NCBI GenBank assembly: GCA_022566795.1
Contig: JADFIF010000003.1
Coordinates: 1 to 50,130 of the forward strand
Reading direction: 5' to 3'
Length of the DNA: 50,130 bases
Source of the DNA: Chloroflexota bacterium
GTDB taxonomy: Bacteria; Chloroflexota; Dehalococcoidia; Lucifugimonadales; G022566795
Shown: piece after piece, positions 1-8,328 of the stretch
Numbering within the stretch: position 1 is the first letter of the stretch
How the letters are laid out: every line of letters begins with the position of its first letter
Notes under the pieces: model-generated
Seen by the model: the letters and a program-made list of their open reading frames with translations, nothing else
Told to the model about the DNA's origin: nothing
Database searches by the model: none
Position numbers and translations under genes: made by a program

Positions 1-314
1 GCGGAGCGTGATCTGCTATCCGGGCTCGGCCCGGTCGTGCACCAGGGCCACTTCTGAGCCCTCCCTGGTGGTCGCGACTTCGAACACAGGCTTGAATGGC
101 GCCTTGGGCTTGTCAATACAAAACACATCTTGTTTGGCGGCTCGACGGGAAGCGTGGAGTCGGCTGTTAGGAGCCAACGAGCACAGGACTTACCAGAACA
201 GGCCACTCGACCACGTTTCAGACCTCATCCGCTTTGGGTTTGAACTTTGCCTGAAACACAGAACACGAATGCTGGCTGCCGCGTGAGACCAAACGCGAGT
301 TCTACGCGGCCGCA

Positions 315-567
315 TCACCACCCTGGCCAATCGGCACCAGCACCCGGCCCGAGAACATGCCAGTGCATGTGCGGCGTCGCACCGGGAGCCGCAGCATTGG
401 CTCTCACGTAGAACCCCTCACCATCTAGGAGGCCGAGCGAAGTCGCGGTCGCTTGAATCGCTCGGACCATCGACGACAGAGGCAAGGACACGGTCGTCCT
501 CGTGGACGCGCTGAACGTCGAGCTTTCCCGAGAGGATGTCTTCGCAATACCAGTCACGCAGAGCCAT
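315..567 (-). pseudogene. HIT (histidine triad) family hydrolase, disrupted
   Basis: The N-terminal part MALRDWYCEDILSGKLDVQRVHEDDRVLA lies in the frame of ORF 418..705. The C-terminal part ..GFYVRANAAAPGATPHMHWHVLGP.., carrying the HxHxH triad, lies in the frame of ORF 315..557. The roughly 25-30 aa normally between these blocks is absent. This implies a frameshift plus an internal deletion, or a sequencing error. Confidence 0.55.
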
Positions 568-901
568 CAGCCCACCACATCCTTTCGGACAAGAATCCTC
601 AGGCCCACGAAAAGTCACCGTCGCCAATGAGAAAAGGCCCCAACCGCAACTTTCGTTGCCGAAGCTGGAACTTCCGTTCTGTGGGATCACATCATGTGAG
701 GTCATGTCTAGCCATGACTAGACATGACAGGACGAGTCATGAGTAGGCACGGCGCTTCCGTGGTGGCCGGGCGCGTGGCACTTTCTGGATCTGGCCCTTG
801 AGCAAATCAGGCTGCCACAGGGCTTCCGAGCTCCTGCCCGGGCACCACATTCCTGGCACTAAGGGGCGTGAAGATGGGCCGGGCACGCCGCCAGGCGACC
901 A

Positions 902-929
902 TTGACAGCGCCGAGAGCCAACCTACAAT
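902..929 (+). promoter_or_regulatory. sigma70-like promoter candidate upstream of first DUF1326 gene
   Basis: TTGACA (902-907), a 16-nt spacer, then TACAAT (924-929), about 145 nt upstream of ATG 1076. This is a consensus match only. Confidence 0.35.
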
Positions 930-1075
930 GCGCCTGTTTAACCATTTCGCAGCCGATCGAAAGCGCGGGTGGGCAAAAAACCTTTCAGGTCTTCTGGCAG
1001 CGGCGCAATCAGAAGTTCGCAGAATGACAGCTTAACGAAACTGTTGGCCGCGAAGTGGTTCTGACGGAGGACACC

Positions 1076-1720
1076 ATGGCACAGGTTGACTGGTACATGG
1101 AAGGAGTAGAGTTCAGCAATTGCAATTGCGACTACGCCTGTCCTTGCCAGTTCGAGTCACTCCGGCCCACGAACGGACACTGCCGCGGCTTCGCGGCCGT
1201 TCAGATCGACAACGGCTACTTTGGAGACGTGGCACTCGATGGCCTCTGCGCAGCCCTCCTCTACGCCTGGCCCGGACCGATCTACGAGGGCAACGGCGAG
1301 ATTCAGGCCGTCGTCGATGAGCGGGCGGACGCCAAGCAACGAGACGCTCTTGTTACAGTCCTGTATGGTGGCGAGACCGACCCGGGGGCGACCCACTGGT
1401 GGGTCTATCGGATGATGTCGACCACGGTCTATCCCACGATCTTCAAACCCATCGAGTTCGAGGTGAACATCGACCGCAGAACTTCGCGCATTGTAATCCC
1501 CGGCGTTCTCGACTCCACGGGCCGTCCGATCCGAAGCCCGGCGACGGGGGCTGAGCATCGCGTCCGCATCGACCTCCCGAATGGGATCGAGTTCGAGACC
1601 GCAGAGATCGGCAGCGCCACTACGAAGACGACGGCCTCAATCGCCCTCGACCTCAAGGACACGTACGGTCACTTCTGTGTTCTCCGCCACTCGGGAAAGG
1701 GAGTGGTCCGCTCACGATAG
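1076..1720 (+). CDS. DUF1326 family protein (Cys-rich, putative metal-binding)
   Basis: Lies in ORF 1055..1720. ATG 1076 is preceded by GGAGG (1066-1070). The translation has WYMEGVEFSNCNCDYACPCQF..GHCRG and a DERADAKQRDAL..LYGGE block. Length is about 214 aa, typical of DUF1326 as I recall the family. Confidence 0.8.
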   Translation: MAQVDWYMEGVEFSNCNCDYACPCQFESLRPTNGHCRGFAAVQIDNGYFGDVALDGLCAALLYAWPGPIYEGNGEIQAVVDERADAKQRDALVTVLYGGETDPGATHWWVYRMMSTTVYPTIFKPIEFEVNIDRRTSRIVIPGVLDSTGRPIRSPATGAEHRVRIDLPNGIEFETAEIGSATTKTTASIALDLKDTYGHFCVLRHSGKGVVRSR

Positions 1721-2354
1721 AAGCCATCCTTTTCGTGATTGGCGGCCTTTGAACTTCTCCACAAGCTCATAACCCCAGCGCTAGTTTGGGGGAACGAGAC
1801 CCGATGGATGTGCATGTGACGGCTCGTAGAACTACGGCCTTGGAGGAAGCTTCGCCCTCGGCCGGTGGGGCAGGGTGGATCCGGCGCCTTTGCGTGGGAA
1901 CGTGGGTCGCTTCGAGCCAGGATGTCACCTCATACTTTCAAGCACCGTACCCAACGTGTGCTAACCCGGGAACGGGTTTACGGCGGGCAAACCCACAATT
2001 TACGAATGTTGGGATGGTTGGGCAGGTGTGATTAGCCGAGGAATGCCGTTGCAGTGCAGGTGAGTTTGCCCTTCCACTGACTTTCTGGCCAAGCCGCCGA
2101 CGGCGCGAGCCAACCCACTCCAAGAGCCTTCAGATGGCATCCGTCAATCGCCGGAGCTGCCCTTGTGACAAATTAGCGTGTCAAATGCCAAACGTCGTAT
2201 CCATGGTTAACGATGCTTGTACGATGCCTTAAGCCTTGACCAAAAGGGAGTGGGTGTGCACTCTACAGGCGCCAAAGATCACCGCCAGCGGCGCCTGCCG
2301 TTGACCTGATATGGGGGGTCGCGAGTTTCAACCAGGGGAAAGGAGGAGAAACCC

Positions 2355-2969
2355 ATGGAAAGCGATCCGTGGCGTATTCACGGCGAGATCATTGACACAT
2401 GCAACTGCGAGGTGATCTGCCCCTGCACCCTTGGGGCACCCCCGACTGAAGGCAAATGTCTTGGGAATGTGGTGTGGTCGATTGACGAAGGGCGATATGG
2501 ATCAGTCGATCTCACAGGTCTCGCCGTCGTCTTAGCATTGTACGCACCCGGTCCGAAGTTTGACGACGGCAACTGGCGGGTCGCAATGTATGGGGATGAG
2601 CGGGCGACCTCGGAGGAGCGGGGAGCCCTCGAGACGATCTTCCTGGGTCGGGCCGGTGGTTTCTTTGACGAATGGCGTCAGCTCACTGCTGAGGTCGTCG
2701 GTGTGAAGTGGCTGCCGATCCAGGTCGAACGCGTAGGTCGGAAGCGGACCGTGCGCGTTGGCGAGGTGCTCGACATTGAAGGCGAGGGGATTGCGGGTCC
2801 CCAAGCCGGATCCTGTACGCAGTTGCTGAACCCGCCGTTTTGGAAAGGGGCCCCCTTTCCGGCCAACATCGGTCGGTCAAGCCGCTTTCGGTATGAGGAC
2901 TTCGATTTGCACTGGGAAGCGCCAGGCAAGGCCTGCAGCTTTTCAGAGTTCCTTTACGAAGGGCCATAG
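2355..2969 (+). CDS. DUF1326 family protein, second paralogue
   Basis: ATG 2355 is preceded by GGAAAGGAGGAGAA. The translation has IHGEIIDTCNCEVICPCTLG..GKCLG and DERATSEERGALETIFLGRAGG. It shows the same Cys spacing as the 1076..1720 product. Confidence 0.8.
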   Translation: MESDPWRIHGEIIDTCNCEVICPCTLGAPPTEGKCLGNVVWSIDEGRYGSVDLTGLAVVLALYAPGPKFDDGNWRVAMYGDERATSEERGALETIFLGRAGGFFDEWRQLTAEVVGVKWLPIQVERVGRKRTVRVGEVLDIEGEGIAGPQAGSCTQLLNPPFWKGAPFPANIGRSSRFRYEDFDLHWEAPGKACSFSEFLYEGP

Positions 2970-3210
2970 CTAATCTAACCTGTGCAGCGGTTTAGCTGGC
3001 AGTGCTCTCGCCGAATCGTGTACTATCGCGGGCCCCAGGTCGTTACAAGCTCCTGGCGAAGGTGAAAAGTGACGGTCACGGACGACTGTCCATGCTGCTA
3101 TTACGGCGGTATTGGACCTGGCCCGCGGCGACGGCACCAAGTTTTCCGTCCCAGACATGCCAGTGGGAGAGCGGTGGTTCCGCCACCATGAGTTCGTTTA
3201 GCTGGAGCGT

Positions 3211-4035
3211 TTGAGCCAAGAGGCTAAGCTACAAATCGCAGTGATGCAGATGCAAAATGTAATGTCCCTAGACGCCGTGCTACGGCGAGACCGGGTGGTG
3301 GTAATGGCCGGCGTTGTAGCATTGGCGGCACTGGCCTGGGCTTACATGGTGTACCTGGCTCAGAGCACCAGCGATATGGGCCATGGTATGGCAGCGGCCC
3401 AGCTGCAGTCATGGAGCGCCGTCGACTTCGGCCTGATGTTCCTCATGTGGGCGGTGATGATGGTGGCCATGATGGTCCCCACCGCCGCCCCCATGATTCT
3501 GCTGTTCGCCACCGTCAACCGCCGGCGCAGGGAACAGGAGCGGCCCTACGTGCCGACGAGCGTATTCCTTTCGGGCTACGTGATCGTTTGGAGCGGGTTC
3601 GCAGCCCTGGCTACCGGGGCCAATTGGGGCCTGCACGTCAATTCCTTGCTCTCCTCAATGATGGGGACGAGCTCCAGCGCCTACCTGGGCGGCGCCCTCC
3701 TCCTGACTGCCGGAATCTTTCAGTGGAGCCCCTTGAAGTACGCCTGTCTGTCCCACTGCCGTTCTCCTCTGGGATTCCTCATGGCCGAGTGGCGGGACGG
3801 CGCCGGGGGAGCCCTGCGAATGGGCCTGAAACACGGCGTCTATTGCCTGGGCTGCTGCTGGGTGCTGATGGGCCTGCTCTTTGTCTTGGGGGTGATGAAC
3901 CTGCTCTGGATCGCGGCTCTGGCGGCCTTCGTGTTGATGGAAAAGGTCATCCACAATGGCCATCTGGTCAGCCGGGTTACCGGCCTGCTTTTGGCGGGAT
4001 GGGGAGTGTGGATGGTGGCGGCCGAGCTGGTCTAG
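3211..4035 (+). CDS. DUF2182 family integral membrane protein (predicted metal-binding)
   Basis: Multi-pass hydrophobic protein containing LRRDRVVV..LAWAYMV and FLMWAVMMVAMMVPTAAPMILLFA, plus CLSHC and CLGCCW cysteine clusters. The family is classically adjacent to DUF1326. The start is uncertain: TTG 3211 or ATG 3244. Confidence 0.75.
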   Translation: MSQEAKLQIAVMQMQNVMSLDAVLRRDRVVVMAGVVALAALAWAYMVYLAQSTSDMGHGMAAAQLQSWSAVDFGLMFLMWAVMMVAMMVPTAAPMILLFATVNRRRREQERPYVPTSVFLSGYVIVWSGFAALATGANWGLHVNSLLSSMMGTSSSAYLGGALLLTAGIFQWSPLKYACLSHCRSPLGFLMAEWRDGAGGALRMGLKHGVYCLGCCWVLMGLLFVLGVMNLLWIAALAAFVLMEKVIHNGHLVSRVTGLLLAGWGVWMVAAELV

Positions 4036-4376
4036 CTCCTCAGGTGCTGGACCCTAGGACAGCCTGGCAAGGACCCGTGCCACCACCTCCGGCATGTTGC
4101 CCCTCGGTCCTCCGTTCCCCGCGGGTCCACTATCAGGAATAGCTGCTGCTCATGACATGGTTCTTGCGTATCCTCGTGTGATCATTGAACTCTTTGAGCA
4201 TCTCTACCTCGAACCCTCATAGTCCCCAAAGCGCAAAGCCCATCCACGCCCCTGCCTGGCCTACGATGCTGATGGAAATGGTAAGGCCGACCTGATTGGT
4301 TGCCAATCCGATTGGAAGTGCGTACAGGAGGTGGCGCATCGATTGGATAACGCTGGTTTACGGAGTACATTGATGA

Positions 4377-4544
4377 GGATACAGGCCCGTACTCTGGTTG
4401 GATCCGGGACCAGATTGCCCGATTTCGCAAAAGGGGGGAGACAATTCCCAAGAGGACATCGACTCCCATGCACAAGAATGGATTGCCCTTAACCGGGACC
4501 TGTTTGATACTTGGCTGGAGCAAGCCCGGCAGGCTGCTCAGTAA
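4377..4544 (+). pseudogene. possible C-terminal remnant of a glycine-betaine/ProX-type substrate-binding protein
   Basis: An open frame without a credible start ends in ..GGDNSQEDIDSHAQEWIALNRDLFDTWLEQARQAAQ*. The A-x-x-W-I-x-x-N-x(5-6)-W tail resembles ProX/OpuAC C-termini. Neighbouring frames also contain protein-like pieces. Recollection-based, so weak. Confidence 0.25.
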
Positions 4545-4604
4545 ACCAGCTCCGGAAGCGTCAAGCAACTATCGGCTCACAACAAAATCACGGAGGTGCA
4601 ACTC

Positions 4605-5609
4605 TTGAGTTCCTATAAGGCTGAGTATATCTGGATCGACGGTCAGAAGCCTACGGCAAAGCTGAGATGTAAGGCCAAGATCGTGCCAGAGGGAGCAGAC
4701 CCTCCAATCTGGGGCTTTGACGGGTCGAGCACAGAGCAAGCTCCAGGTAGCAACTCGGATTGCGTACTGAAGCCCATTTTCATTTGCCCTGACCCGATTC
4801 GCGGAGGAGATAACAAACTGGTTCTCTGTGAGGTTCTCCTCACCGATATGTCACCGCATCCCTCGAATACACGAGCTGCTCTTGTGGCCGTCGCCAAGAA
4901 GTACGCGGAGTTCGACACGTGGTTTGGCATCGAGCAGGAGTATACATTGTTCAGTGGCGCGCGACCGCTGGGGTGGCCCGTCAACGGCTTTCCCGCGCCG
5001 CAGGGAGGATATTACTGCGGCGTCGGCTCGGATGAAGTGTTCGGCCGTCCGGTCGTCGAAGCACATCTGGACAACTGTCTGGATGCCGGCCTCGGCATCG
5101 GCGGTATCAACGCAGAGGTGATGCCTGCGCAGTGGGAGTTCCAGATCGGGCCACTCGGTCCCGTAGAGGTCAGTGACCAGCTCTGGGTGGCCAGATGGCT
5201 CTTGTATCGCACCGGCGAGCAATTCGACGTGAGCGCGGCGTTAGATCCGAAGCCAGTCAGGGGTGACTGGAACGGCGCCGGCGCACACACCAACTTCTCA
5301 ACCAAATACATGAGGGAAAACTACGACGCGTGTATCGCAGCAGCCGAGGCTCTCGGCACGAAACGTGAACTTCACATAGCCAACTACGGTGACCGAATCG
5401 AAGAACGATTGACCGGCCTCCATGAAACATGTTCGTACAGGGAATTCCGTTACGGGGTCTCTGATAGAGGGGCGTCGGTCAGGATTCCTTGGCAGGTCGC
5501 TCGAGACCAGAAGGGCTATATCGAAGATAGGCGACCTAACGCCAACATGGATCCCTACGTCGTCACACGGCTAGTCGTAGAGACCGTGTGTGGAGCGGCC
5601 TCCGCCTAA
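4605..5609 (+). CDS. glnII: glutamine synthetase type II (GSII, eukaryote-like)
   Basis: The translation has SSYKAEYIWIDG..WGFDGSSTEQA..FGIEQEYTLF..GGYYCGVG..AEVMPAQWEFQIGP..NGAGAHTNFS..RIPW..GYIEDRRPNANMDPY. I prefer the TTG 4605 start, which sits 8 nt after GGAGG (4592-4596). The GTG at 4596 overlaps that SD sequence. Confidence 0.92.
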   Translation: MSSYKAEYIWIDGQKPTAKLRCKAKIVPEGADPPIWGFDGSSTEQAPGSNSDCVLKPIFICPDPIRGGDNKLVLCEVLLTDMSPHPSNTRAALVAVAKKYAEFDTWFGIEQEYTLFSGARPLGWPVNGFPAPQGGYYCGVGSDEVFGRPVVEAHLDNCLDAGLGIGGINAEVMPAQWEFQIGPLGPVEVSDQLWVARWLLYRTGEQFDVSAALDPKPVRGDWNGAGAHTNFSTKYMRENYDACIAAAEALGTKRELHIANYGDRIEERLTGLHETCSYREFRYGVSDRGASVRIPWQVARDQKGYIEDRRPNANMDPYVVTRLVVETVCGAASA

Positions 5610-5638
5610 GCCGTGACTCTGGAGAAACACTCGACATG

Positions 5639-5681
5639 CTGACCCAGGGGCGGGCGGCCACGGGCCAGTCCCCTGGGTCAG
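5639..5681 (+). terminator. stem-loop downstream of glnII (putative intrinsic terminator)
   Basis: A perfect 12-bp inverted repeat, CTGACCCAGGGG (5639-5650) and CCCCTGGGTCAG (5670-5681), starts 30 nt after the glnII stop. Only a weak T tract (TTGT) follows. Confidence 0.45.
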
Positions 5682-5750
5682 TTGTCCAGCACAAGTTCCG
5701 AGATCGGCGCAGAGGATACCTGCTCAGGGTCAATGCATCTACGCTCTTGT

Positions 5751-6011
5751 TCAATCTCTTGACATGACCGCACCCAGTTCCTCCGCGGTTTTCCAAATCG
5801 GGAGAAACTCAGGGTCGTCGTAGGTCTTGCCGTTTACATGATCGCCGATCATCGCCCCTTTGAGCCCGAGCTCGGTGATCGAGCGCTCGAGCTCGGCAAC
5901 CGCAGCCCTCACGTCCCGCATCGGAAGATTCGCCAGGCCGGCGAAGTGGGTCGGGTGGTCCTTCGTCAGCTGCGAAACGTGGTCGTTGGCCTCCCTGGAT
6001 ATCTTGGCCAC
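5751..6011 (-). pseudogene. amidohydrolase-2 (ACMSD/LigW-like) internal fragment
   Basis: The 86-aa ORF reads ..HPTHFAGLANLPMRDVRAAVAELERSITELGLKGAMIGDHVNGKTYDDPEFLPIWKTAEELGAV.. This matches only the middle third of an amidohydrolase_2 barrel of about 330 aa. The N-terminal metal-binding HxH region and the C-terminal half are both missing. Confidence 0.6.
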
Positions 6012-6321
6012 GGTATCAGCAGATGCCGTAGAATCGGACGTGCCGGAAGGACTCCCTACTGGCGCGTATGACCGCGGCGATGTGCGTCCCTTTGCTACGG
6101 TCCTCGAATCGGCCCGCCCCGGTTTCAGCTTGACTCTCTCCGTTGCAGAGCTACAATCGTCCTACCACTCCATCTCCGTATGGGGAGGGAAATGGCCACA
6201 GAGCGCCTCCAGCGACAGGTTGATCGACTTCTCGACGAGATCGAATCTGCGACCACTGAACGCAACTGGGAACTGGTGTTTGAGCTCGCCGAGGATGTAC
6301 CCGGCATGCGAAGGAGATGGA

Positions 6322-7071
6322 ATGACCGACGACGACCCGTTGGACCTTCTACCCTATTACGAGCCCCTGCGCGTCTCGGACGTGTGCGACGCGCTGGACG
6401 GAATCGGCTACTTCAACGTGGGGCTCATGGACCGCGAGGTACGCCCCCTTTGGCCCGGCATGAGCTTCTGGGGCGTCGCTTTCACCGTGCGCTGCGTCCC
6501 GGCCAACCGTCCTATGTGGAAGCTGAACTCGACCGAGGAGATCGTCCGCGCCCACGGCATATGGTTCGATGAGGTCGGTGTCGTCCGCTACCAAGACCAG
6601 ATACGGAAGGGCCACGTCATCGTGAACGCGACCGGCGGCGGGCAGGAGGTCGGCCAGTGGGGGTCGGCCAATAGCCTGTCGGTGATTGCAGCCGGAGCGG
6701 TGGGCATCATCACCGACGGCTACTGCAGAGACACCGATGAGCTCATCCTTCAGCAGACCCCGATCTGCTCCCGGGAGCGGGGGAGGACCATTATTCCAGG
6801 GCGCATTGAGGTGGTGGAGGTCCAGACGCGTGTCAGCTGTGGGGGCGTTCAGGTCGCGCCCGGCGACATCGTCGGTTGCGACGGCGACGGCATCGTCGTC
6901 GTGCCTCAAAGCGTCGCGGCCGAGGTGGCCACCCACTCCCGGGCCATCCTCATCCATGACATGAAGGCCCGGCTCGGTCTGTACGGGAAGCTAGGCATGG
7001 CCTTCGACGCAACCGTGGACGTCGCGAAGATGGAGGCCTACTTCGCGGAGCTGGACAGCTCCCAAACGTAG
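6322..7071 (+). CDS. RraA family protein (RraA / 4-hydroxy-4-methyl-2-oxoglutarate aldolase-like)
   Basis: ATG 6322 is preceded by AAGGAGA (6311-6317). The translation has ..VSDVCDALDGIG.. and GQWGSANSLSVIAAGAVGIITDGYCRDTDEL, the RraA signature region. The upstream 150 codons of ORF 5860..7071 are antisense to the amidohydrolase fragment. Confidence 0.85.
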   Translation: MTDDDPLDLLPYYEPLRVSDVCDALDGIGYFNVGLMDREVRPLWPGMSFWGVAFTVRCVPANRPMWKLNSTEEIVRAHGIWFDEVGVVRYQDQIRKGHVIVNATGGGQEVGQWGSANSLSVIAAGAVGIITDGYCRDTDELILQQTPICSRERGRTIIPGRIEVVEVQTRVSCGGVQVAPGDIVGCDGDGIVVVPQSVAAEVATHSRAILIHDMKARLGLYGKLGMAFDATVDVAKMEAYFAELDSSQT

Positions 7072-7144
7072 CGGCCGCGCCGGGGTTAATCGCAACATCG
7101 GCTCAAGCCGCCGGAGTAGATCGCACCACTGTCTTCCGTTGGAG

Positions 7145-8158
7145 TCAGAGCCTGTGCACTTCGGGCAGCACCTCTTTGCCCACCAGCTCGATGTGATCGA
7201 GTACCTCCCGCTCCGACATCCCTGGGTAGAAGAGCCGCAGGCAGACCTGGGTGAAGCCTAGCTCCCTGTACCGTGCAAGCTGCTCGATGCAATCATGGGG
7301 GCTCCCGATAATGAAGGTGCTCTCGATTAGCGCATCCAGGTCCCCGGTCACCTTGCTGGTCAACTCCGCGTCCGAGCCCTGCAGTCCGTGCTCCCCGTAA
7401 ACCTCGTACTTCCGCTGGAACCCGGTCCGCGCCTTGTCCAGCGCCTCCTCCCGGCTGCCGGCGCAGAAGAATTCCCTGAGGATGATCATGTCCTCCGGGA
7501 CCGAGTGACCGTGCCGGTCCAACTCCTCGTGATATGACTCAATCTGACGGCGGATGGTGTCGTATGGCTGGGCAGGCCCGATGAACAGGATGCACCCCTC
7601 GCGGCCAACCCTGCGGACCGCCGGGTCGCTCATGCCCGCCAGCCAGATCTTGGGATGGGGCTTCTGGTACGGCCTCGCTGTGGGACGGGCGCCGGTGACG
7701 TGGAAGTAGCGCCCGTGGTGGGTCACCTCCTCTTCCGTCCACAGTCGAACCATCAGCTCCAGCGCCTCGGAGCTGCGCGCCGCCCGCTGAGACATCTCGG
7801 TGCCGAAGGCCTCGCACTCCTCCGGCCGGTACCCGAGGCCAAGGCCGAGGATGAAGCGGCCCTGGCAGATGTGGTCTAGGGTCGCTACCTGCTCCGCGAC
7901 GTCAACGGGATTGAGCAGCGGCAGCAGTAACACCGAGGTCGCCAGCTTCATGTCACCCGGCTCCGCAGCCAGCCGGGCCAAAACTGGAAACGGCTGGAAG
8001 TGCTGAAACGGGTCGATCAGGTAGTGGTGCGCCCAACAGTAGGTGTCGAAGCCCACATCCCTCGCCGCGAGGAACTGCTCTAGGTGGTCCTGCCACTGTT
8101 GTTGCAGGTCGACGCTGCCTCTATCGACCACCTGGCCTACTTGGTAGCCTACTTCCAT
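7145..8158 (-). CDS. LLM-class (luciferase-like) flavin-dependent oxidoreductase
   Basis: 337 aa. The translation has ..GFDTYCWAHHY..LATSVLLLPLLNPVDVAEQVATLDHICQGRFILGLGLGYRPEE..PKIWLAG.. The SD sequence GAGAGG lies 7 nt upstream of the ATG. Confidence 0.88.
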   Translation of the reverse strand: MEVGYQVGQVVDRGSVDLQQQWQDHLEQFLAARDVGFDTYCWAHHYLIDPFQHFQPFPVLARLAAEPGDMKLATSVLLLPLLNPVDVAEQVATLDHICQGRFILGLGLGYRPEECEAFGTEMSQRAARSSEALELMVRLWTEEEVTHHGRYFHVTGARPTARPYQKPHPKIWLAGMSDPAVRRVGREGCILFIGPAQPYDTIRRQIESYHEELDRHGHSVPEDMIILREFFCAGSREEALDKARTGFQRKYEVYGEHGLQGSDAELTSKVTGDLDALIESTFIIGSPHDCIEQLARYRELGFTQVCLRLFYPGMSEREVLDHIELVGKEVLPEVHRL

Positions 8159-8328
8159 GGCTTTGCCTCTCTATTCCCAGCGCGGCCTCTTCAACATCGT
8201 TCCTGGCCGTCCATCGGTGCCGTTCAGCGATTGGCGCCCATTTGCTCTGACCTGCTCTCCCACCTAGGCCGCGTGGACTGCCGCAGAGAGCTCGGTCGTC
8301 AATGCCCCAGTCGCGATCGCCGGCCCGC

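Noticed and set aside
8-286. The 92-aa ORF at the 5' edge, and a minus-strand frame ending ..IDKPKAPFKPVFEVATTREGSEVALVHDRAEPG* (16-189).
   Set aside because: I recognise no family and see no SD. The minus-strand frame has only a TTG start giving about 54 aa. The evidence is insufficient to call either.
4545-4604. A glutamine (glnA-type) riboswitch or nitrogen-regulator box upstream of glnII.
   Set aside because: I could not find the conserved CGUUCA..GGAAGUAGG..GGAACG cores. I also found no clear TnrA/GlnR/NtcA-type palindrome.
6192-6320. The short ORF MATERLQRQVDRLLDEIESATTERNWELVFELAEDV.. considered as a gene.
   Set aside because: Only about 36 residues are protein-like before the frame degenerates and overlaps the RraA start. 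The SD spacing is too short. It is treated as a possible remnant only.
5860-6321. The N-terminal 154 codons of the 403-aa ORF 5860..7071.
   Set aside because: This part is antisense to the amidohydrolase fragment and is not protein-like. RraA homology begins at ATG 6322, which has its own SD.
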